DNA of 64,000 bases, taken from positions 26,613-90,612 of the forward strand of contig JBMNKZ010000014.1 of NCBI GenBank assembly GCA_050952465.1, given 5' to 3'. How positions within the stretch are numbered: the first letter of the stretch is position 1; each line of letters opens with the position of its first letter. A program made the position numbers and the translations under genes. The notes beneath the pieces were generated by a model that saw nothing but the letters and a program-made list of their open reading frames with translations, ran no database searches and was not told where the DNA came from. This document shows positions 17,897 to 32,098 of this stretch, in pieces. This DNA is from Bacillota bacterium (GTDB lineage Bacteria > Bacillota > Dehalobacteriia > Dehalobacteriales > Dehalobacteriaceae).

Positions 17897-20800
17897 TTAT
17901 TTAAAATAATTAACTCCGGCAGCAAAGATGGGCTGATCCTTTAACCCGGGTACGTTCACCGCTACATAAGGTGCCATCCTCTCTGAATGGCCCATTTTCC
18001 CTAACACCCGGCCGTCCGGACTGGTAATGGCTTCTACAGCTTCTATGGAACCATTGGGATTAAACTGTATATCATAGCTGGGATTTCCGTTAAAATCAAC
18101 ATACTGGGTGGCAATCTGCCCCTTTTCTATCATAGCTGAGATCACCTGAGGAGGGGCAACAAATCGACCTTCCCCATGAGATACGGCTATAGTGTGGATA
18201 TCTCCCAACTGCATATTCTGAAACCAAGGAGAAAGCAGAGAAACCACCTTTGTCCGGGCCAAACAGGAAATATGCCGACCAATTTTATTAAAAGTTAAGG
18301 TAGGAGAATCTTCTGTAATCTCAGTAATCTCACCGTAAGGCACCAAACCTAATTTGATTAACGCCTGGAAACCGTTACAGATACCCAGCATTAGCCCGTC
18401 TTGTTCCTTCAAATGCCTGTCCACGGCTTCTTTTACCCGAGGATTTCTAAACATAGCGGCAATAAATTTCCCGGATCCGTCCGGTTCATCCCCCGCGCTG
18501 AATCCTCCGGCCAGCATTACTATTTGAGCTTGGTTAATTCTTTTGGCCATTTCCTCAACGGACTCAGTTATTTCACCAGGTGTTAAATTTCTCACCACCA
18601 TAGTATCGACTTCTGCTCCCACCTTTTTAAAAGCCCGGATGGAATCATATTCACAATTTGTCCCGGGAAAGATGGGAATGAAAACTCTCGGTCTCGGCGT
18701 TCTGACCAATGGTTTACCTGAAAAAGGCTTATTAAATTCCAGCTTCTTCGGCACATCAGGAATAGGCTCCGTTTTCACCGGGAATATCTTGACCAGAGGC
18801 TCTTCGAAGTGAGTATAGGCCTCTTCTAATGATATCTCCACATCATTTATCATAATCATCGGCTCGTTAATTGTGCGGCCTATGATTTCGTAACTTACAT
18901 CCCCCATCACTTCCTCGAGATTAACATCAGGATCAACTTCCACCAACATTGAACCATGGTCTGGAAGAAATAGACTATCTATATCCATATCATTCCAGAA
19001 AGCAAAACCTATGCGGTTCCCGAAGCACATTTTGCTTATGGTTTCCGCCAAACCCCCGCATTTCACGGTGGATGCGGAATACACCATTCCGGCCCCAATT
19101 AATTCTTCCACCTTATGAAAAGCAGCTTTCAATTCGGAAAAATCAGGAACCTCATATTGATCACACACCAAAGGTATATAGACCACTTTGCTGTTTACTT
19201 TTTTAAATTCCGGCGAAATCACTCTTTTAACGTCCACGGCATTCACGGCAAAGGCTACCACCGTGGGCGGAACATGCAGATCATGAAATGAGCCGGACAT
19301 GCTGTCCTTTCCTCCAATGGCGGGAATACCCAGCTTCTTCTGGGCATAAAAAGCTCCTAACAAACCACTGAAAGGTTTGCCCCATTTTTCCGGATCTTTT
19401 CCTAGTTTTTCAAAATACTCCTGAAGGGTGAGGCGGGTTTTCTCGAAATTTCCTCCCATGACCACAATCTTAGCCACGGCCTCAACTACGGCATAAAGTG
19501 CCCCGTGAAAAGGACTCCATTTTGCCAGCCTAGGATGATAACCATAAGTCATGAGAGTTGCCGTATTGGTTTCTCCTGTAGTTACAGGAACTTTTGCCGC
19601 CATTCCCTCAGCAGGTGTCGCCTGGTATTTACCGCCAAAGGGCATGAGTATGGTTCCTGCCCCAATGGTGCTATCAAAACATTCACCTAAGCCTTTTTGA
19701 CTGCATACATTTAATTGCTGCAGATTACTAAGCCAGCTCTTTTTAACGTTGGGAAAATGACTTGATATTTCCTTTGGAATATACTGAAAATAATTTTCAT
19801 CTTCACGAGGAGGACTGGATAATACATCTGATTTTTGCTTGACTCCGTTAGTATTAAGAAAATCCCTGCTGATATCCACAATGGACTTACCCCGCCAGTA
19901 CATCTGGAGCCGATGGTGACCGGTAACTTCCGCTACCACCGTTGCCTCAAGGTTTTCATGCTTTGCATAAGCAATAAACTTTTCTTGATCCTCTTTTGCA
20001 ACGACTACCGCCATCCGCTCCTGGGATTCAGAAATCGCCAGTTCCGTACCGTCTAAGCCTTCATATTTTTTCGGTACAGCATCCAAATTAATCTTCAGGC
20101 CCTCGGTTAATTCTCCAATGGCTACAGAGACTCCGCCGGCCCCAAAATCATTACATCTTTTAATCAAGGTACTGACTTGAGGATTCCTAAATAAACGTTG
20201 AATCTTTCTCTCTGTGGGCGGGTTTCCTTTCTGTACTTCCGCCCCGCAGGTAAAAATGGATTCTTCCGTATGCTCTTTGGAAGACCCGGTCGCTCCTCCG
20301 ATTCCGTCCCGTCCGGTTCGTCCTCCCAATAAGATCACTACATCACCGGGCACGGGTTTTTCCCGCACCACGTTTTTCTTAGGCGCGGCCCCAATCACAG
20401 CCCCAATTTCCATTCTCTTGGCGATGAAGCCTTCATCATACACCTCAGCCACCTGGCCTGTGGCTAAACCGATTTGATTGCCGTAGGAGCTGTACCCGGC
20501 GGCTGCCCCTGTAGTTATTTTCCGCTGGGGAAGTTTACCGGATAGAGTATCCGAAACTTTTGCCCTAGGATCACCACTTCCGGTTACTCTCATGGCTTGA
20601 TATACATAAGAACGTCCTGACAAGGGATCACGAATGGCACCCCCCAAACAGGTGGCTGCGCCCCCAAAAGGCTCAATCTCTGTGGGGTGGTTATGGGTTT
20701 CGTTTTTAAACATGATCAGCCAGGCTTCTTTTTCACCATCAATGTCTACATCCACATGAATACTGCAAGCGTTTATTTCCTCGGACTCATCCAGATCCGG

Positions 20801-21673
20801 GAGTTTCCCCTTTTTTTTCAGTTCCTTCATGCAGATGGTAGCAATATCCATGAGGGTGATATCTTTCGGCATAAATCCATATACCTCATCCCGGGATTTT
20901 ATATATGCCCGATAAGCCGTTTCCACCGGCACATTGAAAAAACCTTTCTGGATTTTAACTTCCTCGATTTTGGTTAAAAATGTGGTATGACGGCAATGAT
21001 CCGACCAGTAGGTATCAATTACTCGGATTTCCGTCACTGTTGGATCCCGTCTTTCTTTATCCCGAAAATATTTCTGACAAAAAACCAGATCCTCCATGCT
21101 CATTGCCAGTCCCATGGCCTCATGGAGAGTTTCCAATTCCTCTTTCGTTTTCCTGATAAAGCCCGTTAATATTTCTACATCCTGTGGCTCCTCGATCTCC
21201 AAATCCAAAGAGGACGGTTTAATTAAAGATGCTTCCCGGGAATCCACTGGGTTTATATAATAGGTCTTGATTCTATCTATAACCTCCGGAGCCAACTCCC
21301 CTTTCAGTACAATCACCCGGGCAGTTAGAACCGTTGGATAGTCCTGCTGGGAAATAATCTGCAGGCATTGAGCAGCAGAATCCGCCCTTTGATCATACTG
21401 ACCCGGCAGGTATTCCACGGCAAATGCCTTTTCATCACTGTCCATGGGAAACTCCTCATCATAAGCCCAATCTACCGTAGGCTCAGCAAAAACGGTATTT
21501 CTCCCTTGACGATACACTTCATCTGTAATCCCGGTTATATCATAGCGATTTAGGATCCTCACCCGTTCCAGTTCGGAAATGCCTAAGTTTTCTTTTAAAT
21601 CCGCAAACAAGCTGACAGCCTCGCCATTAAAACCTGGCTTCTTTTCCACATAAAGCCGATATATTTTATTCAA
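17897..21673 (-). CDS. purL: Phosphoribosylformylglycinamidine synthase, single-chain large form
   Basis: 1258 aa with AIR-synthase-like repeats and a C-terminal glutaminase domain (GICNGFQ...GHSER). TTG start with RBS GGAGTGA. Confidence 0.95.
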   Translation of the reverse strand: MNKIYRLYVEKKPGFNGEAVSLFADLKENLGISELERVRILNRYDITGITDEVYRQGRNTVFAEPTVDWAYDEEFPMDSDEKAFAVEYLPGQYDQRADSAAQCLQIISQQDYPTVLTARVIVLKGELAPEVIDRIKTYYINPVDSREASLIKPSSLDLEIEEPQDVEILTGFIRKTKEELETLHEAMGLAMSMEDLVFCQKYFRDKERRDPTVTEIRVIDTYWSDHCRHTTFLTKIEEVKIQKGFFNVPVETAYRAYIKSRDEVYGFMPKDITLMDIATICMKELKKKGKLPDLDESEEINACSIHVDVDIDGEKEAWLIMFKNETHNHPTEIEPFGGAATCLGGAIRDPLSGRSYVYQAMRVTGSGDPRAKVSDTLSGKLPQRKITTGAAAGYSSYGNQIGLATGQVAEVYDEGFIAKRMEIGAVIGAAPKKNVVREKPVPGDVVILLGGRTGRDGIGGATGSSKEHTEESIFTCGAEVQKGNPPTERKIQRLFRNPQVSTLIKRCNDFGAGGVSVAIGELTEGLKINLDAVPKKYEGLDGTELAISESQERMAVVVAKEDQEKFIAYAKHENLEATVVAEVTGHHRLQMYWRGKSIVDISRDFLNTNGVKQKSDVLSSPPREDENYFQYIPKEISSHFPNVKKSWLSNLQQLNVCSQKGLGECFDSTIGAGTILMPFGGKYQATPAEGMAAKVPVTTGETNTATLMTYGYHPRLAKWSPFHGALYAVVEAVAKIVVMGGNFEKTRLTLQEYFEKLGKDPEKWGKPFSGLLGAFYAQKKLGIPAIGGKDSMSGSFHDLHVPPTVVAFAVNAVDVKRVISPEFKKVNSKVVYIPLVCDQYEVPDFSELKAAFHKVEELIGAGMVYSASTVKCGGLAETISKMCFGNRIGFAFWNDMDIDSLFLPDHGSMLVEVDPDVNLEEVMGDVSYEIIGRTINEPMIMINDVEISLEEAYTHFEEPLVKIFPVKTEPIPDVPKKLEFNKPFSGKPLVRTPRPRVFIPIFPGTNCEYDSIRAFKKVGAEVDTMVVRNLTPGEITESVEEMAKRINQAQIVMLAGGFSAGDEPDGSGKFIAAMFRNPRVKEAVDRHLKEQDGLMLGICNGFQALIKLGLVPYGEITEITEDSPTLTFNKIGRHISCLARTKVVSLLSPWFQNMQLGDIHTIAVSHGEGRFVAPPQVISAMIEKGQIATQYVDFNGNPSYDIQFNPNGSIEAVEAITSPDGRVLGKMGHSERMAPYVAVNVPGLKDQPIFAAGVNYFK

Positions 21674-22000
21674 CAGACATCACTCCAACTTTTCGTTGAT
21701 TTTTTAGTCAAGACTAATTATTTAAATATTTTTATAGCTAATTTTACAACTAATTCTAACATAGGAGAATCAGTAAAGACAACTAAATTACCCTTTTCCC
21801 CCGTCCCCGTTTTCCAGTTTAATTTTCCAGGTAGATAGAAGACGCTATTCTTAAAGAAATAAAAAGAAACAAGCTTTCCTACATATTTGCATATTTTAAG
21901 ATCAGGTTTATTTATACGCTAATATTCCCTGTTATCTGTCACCAAATACAAGAACTTATGAATAATATGTATCGAAAAATTAAAACAAGGGGTGAATAAT

Positions 22001-22153
22001 GTGGGTAAAAAAGAAAGACCAAAGGACTGTCCAAATCTTGCGCAAGCTTGGGTTAATGATCAACCATATGAACGTTTATTTCCATTGGACGAAGCGTTGG
22101 AAAAGGGGACAATTTTCCCTTGTCTATACCAACCGTACAGACCCAAAAAGTAA
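22001..22153 (+). CDS. cotJA: Spore coat-associated protein CotJA (small ORF, not in track)
   Basis: GTG start with RBS AAGGGG. The 50-aa product VGKKERPKDCPNLAQAWVNDQPYERLFPLDEALEKGTIFPCLYQPYRPKK shows the CotJA pattern (Q..Y..LF...EAL.KGT.FP.L..PY). It sits immediately upstream of cotJB. Confidence 0.7.
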   Translation: MGKKERPKDCPNLAQAWVNDQPYERLFPLDEALEKGTIFPCLYQPYRPKK

Positions 22154-22168
22154 TTGGAGGTGACAATT

Positions 22169-22432
22169 ATGGGTAAATCATCGTCAAACCGGAGAAACCT
22201 GTTAAGAAGAATTCAGGAAGTGGAATTTGCCTGCGTTGAGTTAAACCTGTTCCTGGATACTCATCCGGACAATGAACAAGCATTATGTGATTACAACAGG
22301 TTTACTGAGGAACTAATGAATTTAAAGAACATGTATGAAATGAAATATGGGCCATTAATGCATTTTGGCGGAAGTCCCAGTCGGCATCCCTGGCAGTGGA
22401 TTGAATCCCCCTGGCCATGGGAAGAAGATTAG
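22169..22432 (+). CDS. cotJB: Spore coat protein CotJB
   Basis: LRRIQEVEFACVELNLFLDTHPDN...NRF pattern. ATG 22169 is preceded by GGAGGTG. The track ORF starts at TTG 22154. Confidence 0.85.
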   Translation: MGKSSSNRRNLLRRIQEVEFACVELNLFLDTHPDNEQALCDYNRFTEELMNLKNMYEMKYGPLMHFGGSPSRHPWQWIESPWPWEED

Positions 22433-22456
22433 TGAAAGAAAGGGAGGCAAAATTAT

Positions 22457-23029
22457 ATGTGGTTATATGAAAAAAAATTAGAATACCCGGCTCGAGTCTC
22501 AGGGAAAGACGTAAGAATGGCTAAATTTTTAATTACCCAATACGGAGGACCGGACGGGGAACTTTCTGCCTCGCTCCGCTATTTAAACCAAAGATACAGT
22601 ATGCCCACGGAAAGAGCCAAAGCTGTTCTTACAGATATCGGCACCGAAGAACTGGCTCATATGGAAATTATCGCCACCATGGTCTATAAATTAGTCAAAG
22701 ATGCAACTCCCAAAGAAATGGAGGAAGCAGGACTAGGGGGATGGTATGCCCAACATGATAACGGACTCTTCTGGACAGATAGCAACGGAGTGCCTTGGTC
22801 AGCAAAATACATCGCCTGTCTCGGAGATCCGGTGACCGACCTTCATGAAGATATGGCGGCGGAACAAAAAGCTCGGGCCACATACGAGCACCTGATTAAT
22901 CTCACCGATGACCCTGGGATTATCGACACCCTTAGGTTTTTGAGAGAAAGAGAAGTTGTCCACTTCCAGCGCTTCGGGGAAACATTAAATTATGTTCAGG
23001 AAAAACTAAACGAGAAAAAATTTTATTAA
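22457..23029 (+). CDS. cotJC: Spore coat protein CotJC (manganese-catalase family)
   Basis: YGGPDGELSASLRYLNQRYSMP...EELAHMEII is the typical CotJC / Mn-catalase di-metal motif set. Confidence 0.9.
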   Translation: MWLYEKKLEYPARVSGKDVRMAKFLITQYGGPDGELSASLRYLNQRYSMPTERAKAVLTDIGTEELAHMEIIATMVYKLVKDATPKEMEEAGLGGWYAQHDNGLFWTDSNGVPWSAKYIACLGDPVTDLHEDMAAEQKARATYEHLINLTDDPGIIDTLRFLREREVVHFQRFGETLNYVQEKLNEKKFY

Positions 23030-23051
23030 AAAACCAAGCAGTAAAATGTGA

Positions 23052-23079
23052 GGCTGTCGCATAATTAATTGCGACAGCC
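23052..23079. terminator. Bidirectional hairpin terminator between convergent cotJC and ligA
   Basis: Perfect 10-bp stem ggctgtcgca-taattaat-tgcgacagcc, flanked by T/A-rich tracts. Confidence 0.55.
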
Positions 23080-23105
23080 CTTTCGTTAGGTAAATGAAAG
23101 ACTTT

Positions 23106-27276
<4,171 letters not shown>

Positions 27277-27333
27277 AACGTCCTCCTCTAACTCGATACT
27301 GGATTATTTCGCCGTAACGAAATAAAAATCCTC

Positions 27334-27361
27334 TAAAACACAAAACCAGCCTGAAGGCTGG
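27334..27361 (-). terminator. Weak hairpin terminator after yerC-like gene
   Basis: Minus strand reads CCAGCC-ttca-GGCTGG followed by TTTTGTGTTTT. Confidence 0.35.
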
Positions 27362-27365
27362 CAGG

Positions 27366-27674
27366 TCACTTTTCGGTATTTTTACCCTGTAATCTGTTAA
27401 GCACTAATCGATAACCGTCGGCTCCATAGTTTAAACACCTTTTGACCCTACTGATGGTGGCAGTGCTGGCCCCGGTTACTTCCGCGATTTTAATATATGT
27501 TTCATTTTTGTCTAACATCTTTGCTACTTCCAACCTTTGAGCCAAGGATTTTATCTCTCCAATTGTGGCCAGGTCTTCAAAAAATCTATAATATTCTTCT
27601 TTATTCTTTAAAAGCATCAGTGCTTCAAATAAGTCATCGATAATGGGATCCTTCCATTTAATATGTGTACCCAT
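27366..27674 (-). CDS. yerC: YerC/YecD-family TrpR-like DNA-binding protein
   Basis: 102 aa. DL.T..EI..LAQRLEVAKML...TY..I...TGASTATISRVKR pattern, positioned upstream of pcrA as in Bacillus. Confidence 0.8.
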   Translation of the reverse strand: MGTHIKWKDPIIDDLFEALMLLKNKEEYYRFFEDLATIGEIKSLAQRLEVAKMLDKNETYIKIAEVTGASTATISRVKRCLNYGADGYRLVLNRLQGKNTEK

Positions 27675-27806
27675 TTTACAGCCTCCTTCGTTCCTCTAAA
27701 CATCTAGCACTCATATACCTTAATATCTTCCTTCCATAAAAAAAGATAAATTCCTGCTTAACATTAAAAATTCGGAATAAAAATTCCATCTGATGCTAAA
27801 CTTTGT

Positions 27807-28037
27807 TTATAGTAGGATCTTATTCAGCCAAGTAGTAAAAGGCGCAAAAACTATTTCCATGATCTTTGCCGGATTGGGCACCGGGAGATCCAGAATTACG
27901 GCAAAGGATAACCCGGCCCCTGTTAATAAAAGGAGAGAAAAAACCCCCAATTCCTTCCACATTTTTTCCTTCACCAGGCGGGGTACTTCTATGGCAATGA
28001 TCACAATAAAAACAACAGACAATGCTAATATCTGCAT
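27807..28037 (-). CDS. Small two-TM protein, candidate germinant-receptor D subunit
   Basis: 76 aa with two hydrophobic helices. It lies 10 nt downstream of the GerxC gene on the same strand. Its size and topology match the small D proteins described next to some ger operons. Confidence 0.45.
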   Translation of the reverse strand: MQILALSVVFIVIIAIEVPRLVKEKMWKELGVFSLLLLTGAGLSFAVILDLPVPNPAKIMEIVFAPFTTWLNKILL

Positions 28038-28047
28038 CTAAATCTCC

Positions 28048-29298
28048 TTACTTTACAACAATACTGTCTGAGGTAAGACCGGTTCGGCGCACATTAGCTG
28101 TTACTTCCACCTGTACTTGGACGTCGGGAAAAACCTCCGGCCATCTTTCATCCAGGTTGTTTTCTTTCCAATACTTAAGCTGTTGACGATGAAAATGTGT
28201 GCCCAAGCCAAATATGTCCGATTCAAGTTCTTGTTGGCATTTGTTAAGGGCCAGCATTACTTCTTTCCTAATTGCTTCCTCATATCCCTGGTCCACCAAT
28301 TCGATAAATTTCGGTGTTATTTCCGTACCGGTTTTGGAAAACTCATCAATATTCCCTTCTGTATCGATTCTGACAATGGCCACCGGTTTTCCCTGGATAA
28401 TTTTTGCCTCAATTTTTGAATTAGACCGGGTCATTTCCACCGTTACCTTTACCGGCTTTTTGGTTTCAGAATTCTCTACCTCGAAGGTAAGAATGCCTTT
28501 TTTAACTTTTCCTATAATCCAAAGGAAACCTTTTGTTTCCGTATCCCCCAGTTCTCCCACCATTTTATCCCCTTTAAAAACAGCTACTCCTTTTAAGCGG
28601 GCAATTTTTTTCGGCTGCGAAGAACCGTTTCCCTGACTTTCCCCGATTGCATCGGGAGATATCTCTCTAATCTCCAGTAGAGGAAGTACCGCCTCTTTAC
28701 CTTTAGTGGTCAAATCAACCATAAAATCTTTTAAAGCTACGGCATAGGATTTAGAAGCCCTAGGGGCACTTAAGGTAAGGAGATCTGTGATCTCTTCGGC
28801 TAAAATACTGGTCAGTTCCGGCTGGATACTAAAGGTATCTAAAGCTGTTCCTTCTGATGCAACCAAAACCCAATTCCTTAATCTGATTCCCTCATTTCTT
28901 GACAGAAAATCAAGAGTATCTTCTATCCCTTCTTGAGCTTTTTCTTTTCCGAAGACAATGATACGGGAATGGCCCAGAAAAAGCCTTTTAGCCGTTGTTG
29001 TGGCTAGGTTCCTTCTGGCATCTTCCACACTATTTCCCTGTCCGAAATTTACCCATCCCGGTATTTGACCGTTTGATCCACCTTCCATTCCTCCGGTTCC
29101 TCCGCCCCCACCGGTTTTAGGTGGTTTTAACACCGAAACGGAAAAGAGGATCTTACCAGGATCTCCCTTAACTTTGTCAATCCCAATAGCGGAAGCAATG
29201 GCTAAGTTTTCTACCTCTATCCGGCTCCAACAGCCGCTAATTATTATCGATATGAAAAAAAGCAAAATAATAAAGAAAATTTTTATTGATCTATTCAT
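28048..29298 (-). CDS. Germinant receptor C subunit (Ger(x)C lipoprotein)
   Basis: Signal peptide plus lipobox (IIISGCWS). 416 aa, overlapping the A-subunit gene by 4 nt. Confidence 0.85.
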   Translation of the reverse strand: MNRSIKIFFIILLFFISIIISGCWSRIEVENLAIASAIGIDKVKGDPGKILFSVSVLKPPKTGGGGGTGGMEGGSNGQIPGWVNFGQGNSVEDARRNLATTTAKRLFLGHSRIIVFGKEKAQEGIEDTLDFLSRNEGIRLRNWVLVASEGTALDTFSIQPELTSILAEEITDLLTLSAPRASKSYAVALKDFMVDLTTKGKEAVLPLLEIREISPDAIGESQGNGSSQPKKIARLKGVAVFKGDKMVGELGDTETKGFLWIIGKVKKGILTFEVENSETKKPVKVTVEMTRSNSKIEAKIIQGKPVAIVRIDTEGNIDEFSKTGTEITPKFIELVDQGYEEAIRKEVMLALNKCQQELESDIFGLGTHFHRQQLKYWKENNLDERWPEVFPDVQVQVEVTANVRRTGLTSDSIVVK

Positions 29299-30887
29299 GA
29301 TTTCTTCTCTCTTTTCTTGGGAGGACGGGGCATCTGTCCAAATTTTTGCCGGCTAGGTTCTTTATAGCCAATAACCCGGGGTCGGGTAAACATGGCCCAC
29401 CAGGGTGCTCTCATAGGTACGTCCTTTAAATCTCGCACAGAAAGGGGGGCGATGGGAGATAAATAAGGTGCCCCAAAAGATCTTAAAGAACAAAGGTGAA
29501 TCAAAATCACCAGTAAAACCGCCATCACTCCAAAAAGCCCCAGGGTAGCCGCTAAAAACATAATCGGGAAACGCAATATCCTAATAGCTTCCGTGGCATG
29601 GGCCGTGGGCAGGGAAAAGCTGGCCATGGCCGTTAAGGCCACCACGATTAACATCGCCGGGGACACTAACCCGGCAGACACTGCGGCTTGGCCCACGACC
29701 AAACCACCGATAATGGAAACTGCCTGGCCCATAGGCCGAGGTAATCTTAGGCCTGCTTCCCGGAGAATCTCAAAAGCCAATTCCATTAACAGTGCTTCGA
29801 CTAAAGCAGGAAACGGCACTCCTTCCCGGGCTTGGGCAATGGAAACTAGCAAAGGAGTTGGCAGCATTTCCTGGTGAAAGGTAGTTATAGCGATATAAAA
29901 AGAAGGCAAAAGCAAAGCTATATTTAAGGTTGCCAAGCGTAGTATCCTTAAAGCAGATGCCTGGTAAGGCCGCATATAATAATCTTCCGGGGTTTGGAGA
30001 AACTGAAGAAACAATACCGGAATAAGCAGCACGAATGGAGTATTATCCACCAGGATTGCTATCCGCCCCTCCAGGAGATTGCCGCATACCTTGTCCGGCC
30101 TCTCGGTTACGTCCACTTGGGGGAAAATAGACCAAGGATCATCCTCAATAAATTGTTCCAGGTATCCGGATTCTAAAACACTGTCGGTTTCAATACGTTT
30201 GATCCGGTTTTTGGCTTCTTCCACTACCTTCTCATTGGCAATCCCTTCAATATAAGCGATAATGACCGAGGTTTTCGTAATGGACCCCACCTCAAGGGAT
30301 TCCATTTTTAAGCGGGAGCTTTTTATCCGGCGCCTGATCAATGAGGTGTTGGTGCGGATAGTTTCCGTAAAACCGTCCCTGGGCCCCCGGACTAAGGGCT
30401 CCGCCTGAGGTTCCGTTACACTCCGGGACTGCCAGCCTCGGGAACTGATGACCAGTCCTTCCGGTTCTCCGTCAATTATGAGGATAATATCTCCCGACAA
30501 TACGAAATCAACAAGTTTGGCCATTTGACTTTCCGGTTTAACCTCCGGTATGGAAATCACATGATCTTTCGCATGTTTTATAGGCGGTTCTTGAATTGCG
30601 GCTTTGTCATTTAAATAACGCACCATTAATTGCCTGACAGTAAGTTCTCCTATTATAAAACTGGACATCCCGTCTAAATAGATCATCAGTACCCGGATAG
30701 ATTTAGGAGTGGTAATTTCAAAATTTCTGAATACCACATCAGAGCATTTATTAAAAATCTCCCGAAAATATTTCTCATTTTTAGCTAGGCTTTGATAAAG
30801 TACCTGTTTTTCACTCTCTCCTTTTTGATCCGGTTTTTCCTGGTTTAAGAGTGATTTAAATTTTTCTTTCAATTTTTTAAACACCAT
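29295..30887 (-). CDS. Germinant receptor A subunit (GerA/GerKA family)
   Basis: 530 aa with a soluble N-domain, a C-terminal multi-TM region and the conserved PLLVSIAQAREGVPFP block. Confidence 0.9.
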   Translation of the reverse strand: MVFKKLKEKFKSLLNQEKPDQKGESEKQVLYQSLAKNEKYFREIFNKCSDVVFRNFEITTPKSIRVLMIYLDGMSSFIIGELTVRQLMVRYLNDKAAIQEPPIKHAKDHVISIPEVKPESQMAKLVDFVLSGDIILIIDGEPEGLVISSRGWQSRSVTEPQAEPLVRGPRDGFTETIRTNTSLIRRRIKSSRLKMESLEVGSITKTSVIIAYIEGIANEKVVEEAKNRIKRIETDSVLESGYLEQFIEDDPWSIFPQVDVTERPDKVCGNLLEGRIAILVDNTPFVLLIPVLFLQFLQTPEDYYMRPYQASALRILRLATLNIALLLPSFYIAITTFHQEMLPTPLLVSIAQAREGVPFPALVEALLMELAFEILREAGLRLPRPMGQAVSIIGGLVVGQAAVSAGLVSPAMLIVVALTAMASFSLPTAHATEAIRILRFPIMFLAATLGLFGVMAVLLVILIHLCSLRSFGAPYLSPIAPLSVRDLKDVPMRAPWWAMFTRPRVIGYKEPSRQKFGQMPRPPKKREKKS

Positions 30888-31989
30888 TCGTCTTTCCCCC
30901 TTTCTTTTTATGTAAACCCCGGAGAAAAATTAAACCTAGAAGACCACAAGGAAGAAAGTACTCAAATAACAAGGTCAGGGGAAGCACGACTTTAGGGAAT
31001 AAGTTATCAAAAACAACCATATTAGGAGCAACGATAATCACCAATGCCCCAATTATGATGCCCAGGGGGTATACTGTACATCTATAATCCATTAAACCCA
31101 AGAGTTCACTTAATATAAGACAAAGACAATAATAAAAAACACCGATTTTTATAAAGACCCCGGCAATCCAAACTGCCATAAAAACAGCATCCAGCCTGGT
31201 AATAAAACCTGCCAAATCAATATACTCCACCAAAGCAAAGGTAGGAAAGCGCAGGGTAACCACCAAAGGGCCAAAAATTGAAGTAGAAGCTATGGTTAAA
31301 GACAGTAATAATAAAACTATGACCACCGCGACTTGCAGCATAGATCTTAACCCTTGCTCCGGTTTATTGAGATAGGGCCAGATAAAAAGCATTAATACAA
31401 ACTGCCCTCGCCAGATGGAGGGATAAAGAGTTGCGTGGAGCACAGGTTTAAAGCCATTTTCCAAAAAAGGCTTCAGAAAAGAAAAATCCATTTCCCCCAC
31501 TAATAGTAATAAAATAATGGCAAAAGAGATGAGAAAAATTGGTGTAATAAAGGTGGCAGCCCGGGCTAAGACTTCCAAGCCCGCTTTTACAGCCCAAGCA
31601 CCTAATAATAAGATCACAATAATAAATACTTCTATGGGGGTGTCCGGCATAAAAGTAGTGAGCAAGAACTCTGCCACTGTCCTGGTAATCATGGCTGTAA
31701 TAAAGATCAGATACCAGATATAACCTAAGATAATTAGGATGCCCAGATATTTTCCTGTAATTTTCCTGATATAGGTTACAATACTTTGTTGGGGAAAGCT
31801 TTTTCCGATGCGGTCAATAACCAATATTAATAAAATATGAGGAAAAGTAGCTAAGGCCACAGCCATCCAGGTATCCGCTCCGGCAAACCGTGCCGTAAGG
31901 GATGGCATTACCAAATTAGCCGTCCCTAAAACTGTCAACCCCATTAAAAACCCAGCTTGCCCGGGAGTTATCTTTCCTGATTCCAGCAT
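30877..31989 (-). CDS. Germinant receptor B subunit (GerAB/APC-superfamily permease)
   Basis: 370 aa with about 10 TM helices. It is the first gene of a B-A-C operon. Confidence 0.85.
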   Translation of the reverse strand: MLESGKITPGQAGFLMGLTVLGTANLVMPSLTARFAGADTWMAVALATFPHILLILVIDRIGKSFPQQSIVTYIRKITGKYLGILIILGYIWYLIFITAMITRTVAEFLLTTFMPDTPIEVFIIVILLLGAWAVKAGLEVLARAATFITPIFLISFAIILLLLVGEMDFSFLKPFLENGFKPVLHATLYPSIWRGQFVLMLFIWPYLNKPEQGLRSMLQVAVVIVLLLLSLTIASTSIFGPLVVTLRFPTFALVEYIDLAGFITRLDAVFMAVWIAGVFIKIGVFYYCLCLILSELLGLMDYRCTVYPLGIIIGALVIIVAPNMVVFDNLFPKVVLPLTLLFEYFLPCGLLGLIFLRGLHKKKGGKTNGV

Positions 31990-32053
31990 TTTTTGACTCC
32001 TAAGATAAATACTTCAACTTTTAGTTTTTTCCAAACTAAATAAATTATACTAA

Positions 32054-32080
32054 TAAAAAAACCTCCCTCATTGAGGAAGG
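32054..32080 (-). terminator. Intrinsic terminator after lipoate-protein ligase gene
   Basis: Minus strand reads CCTTCCTCA-a-TGAGGGAGG followed by TTTTTTT. Confidence 0.5.
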
Positions 32081-32098
32081 TGTACCCCCTAATTTTAT

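Noticed and set aside
21674-22000. Looked for a purine or ZTP riboswitch, or a PurBox pair, upstream of purL
   Set aside because: Only a partial box-like string (TCAACGAAAAG) is present. No conserved riboswitch cores were recognised.
27793-28041. 82-aa plus-strand ORF opposite the candidate D-subunit ORF
   Set aside because: The minus-strand frame gives two clean TM helices and continues the ger operon. The plus-strand product is basic, has no RBS and has no partner genes.
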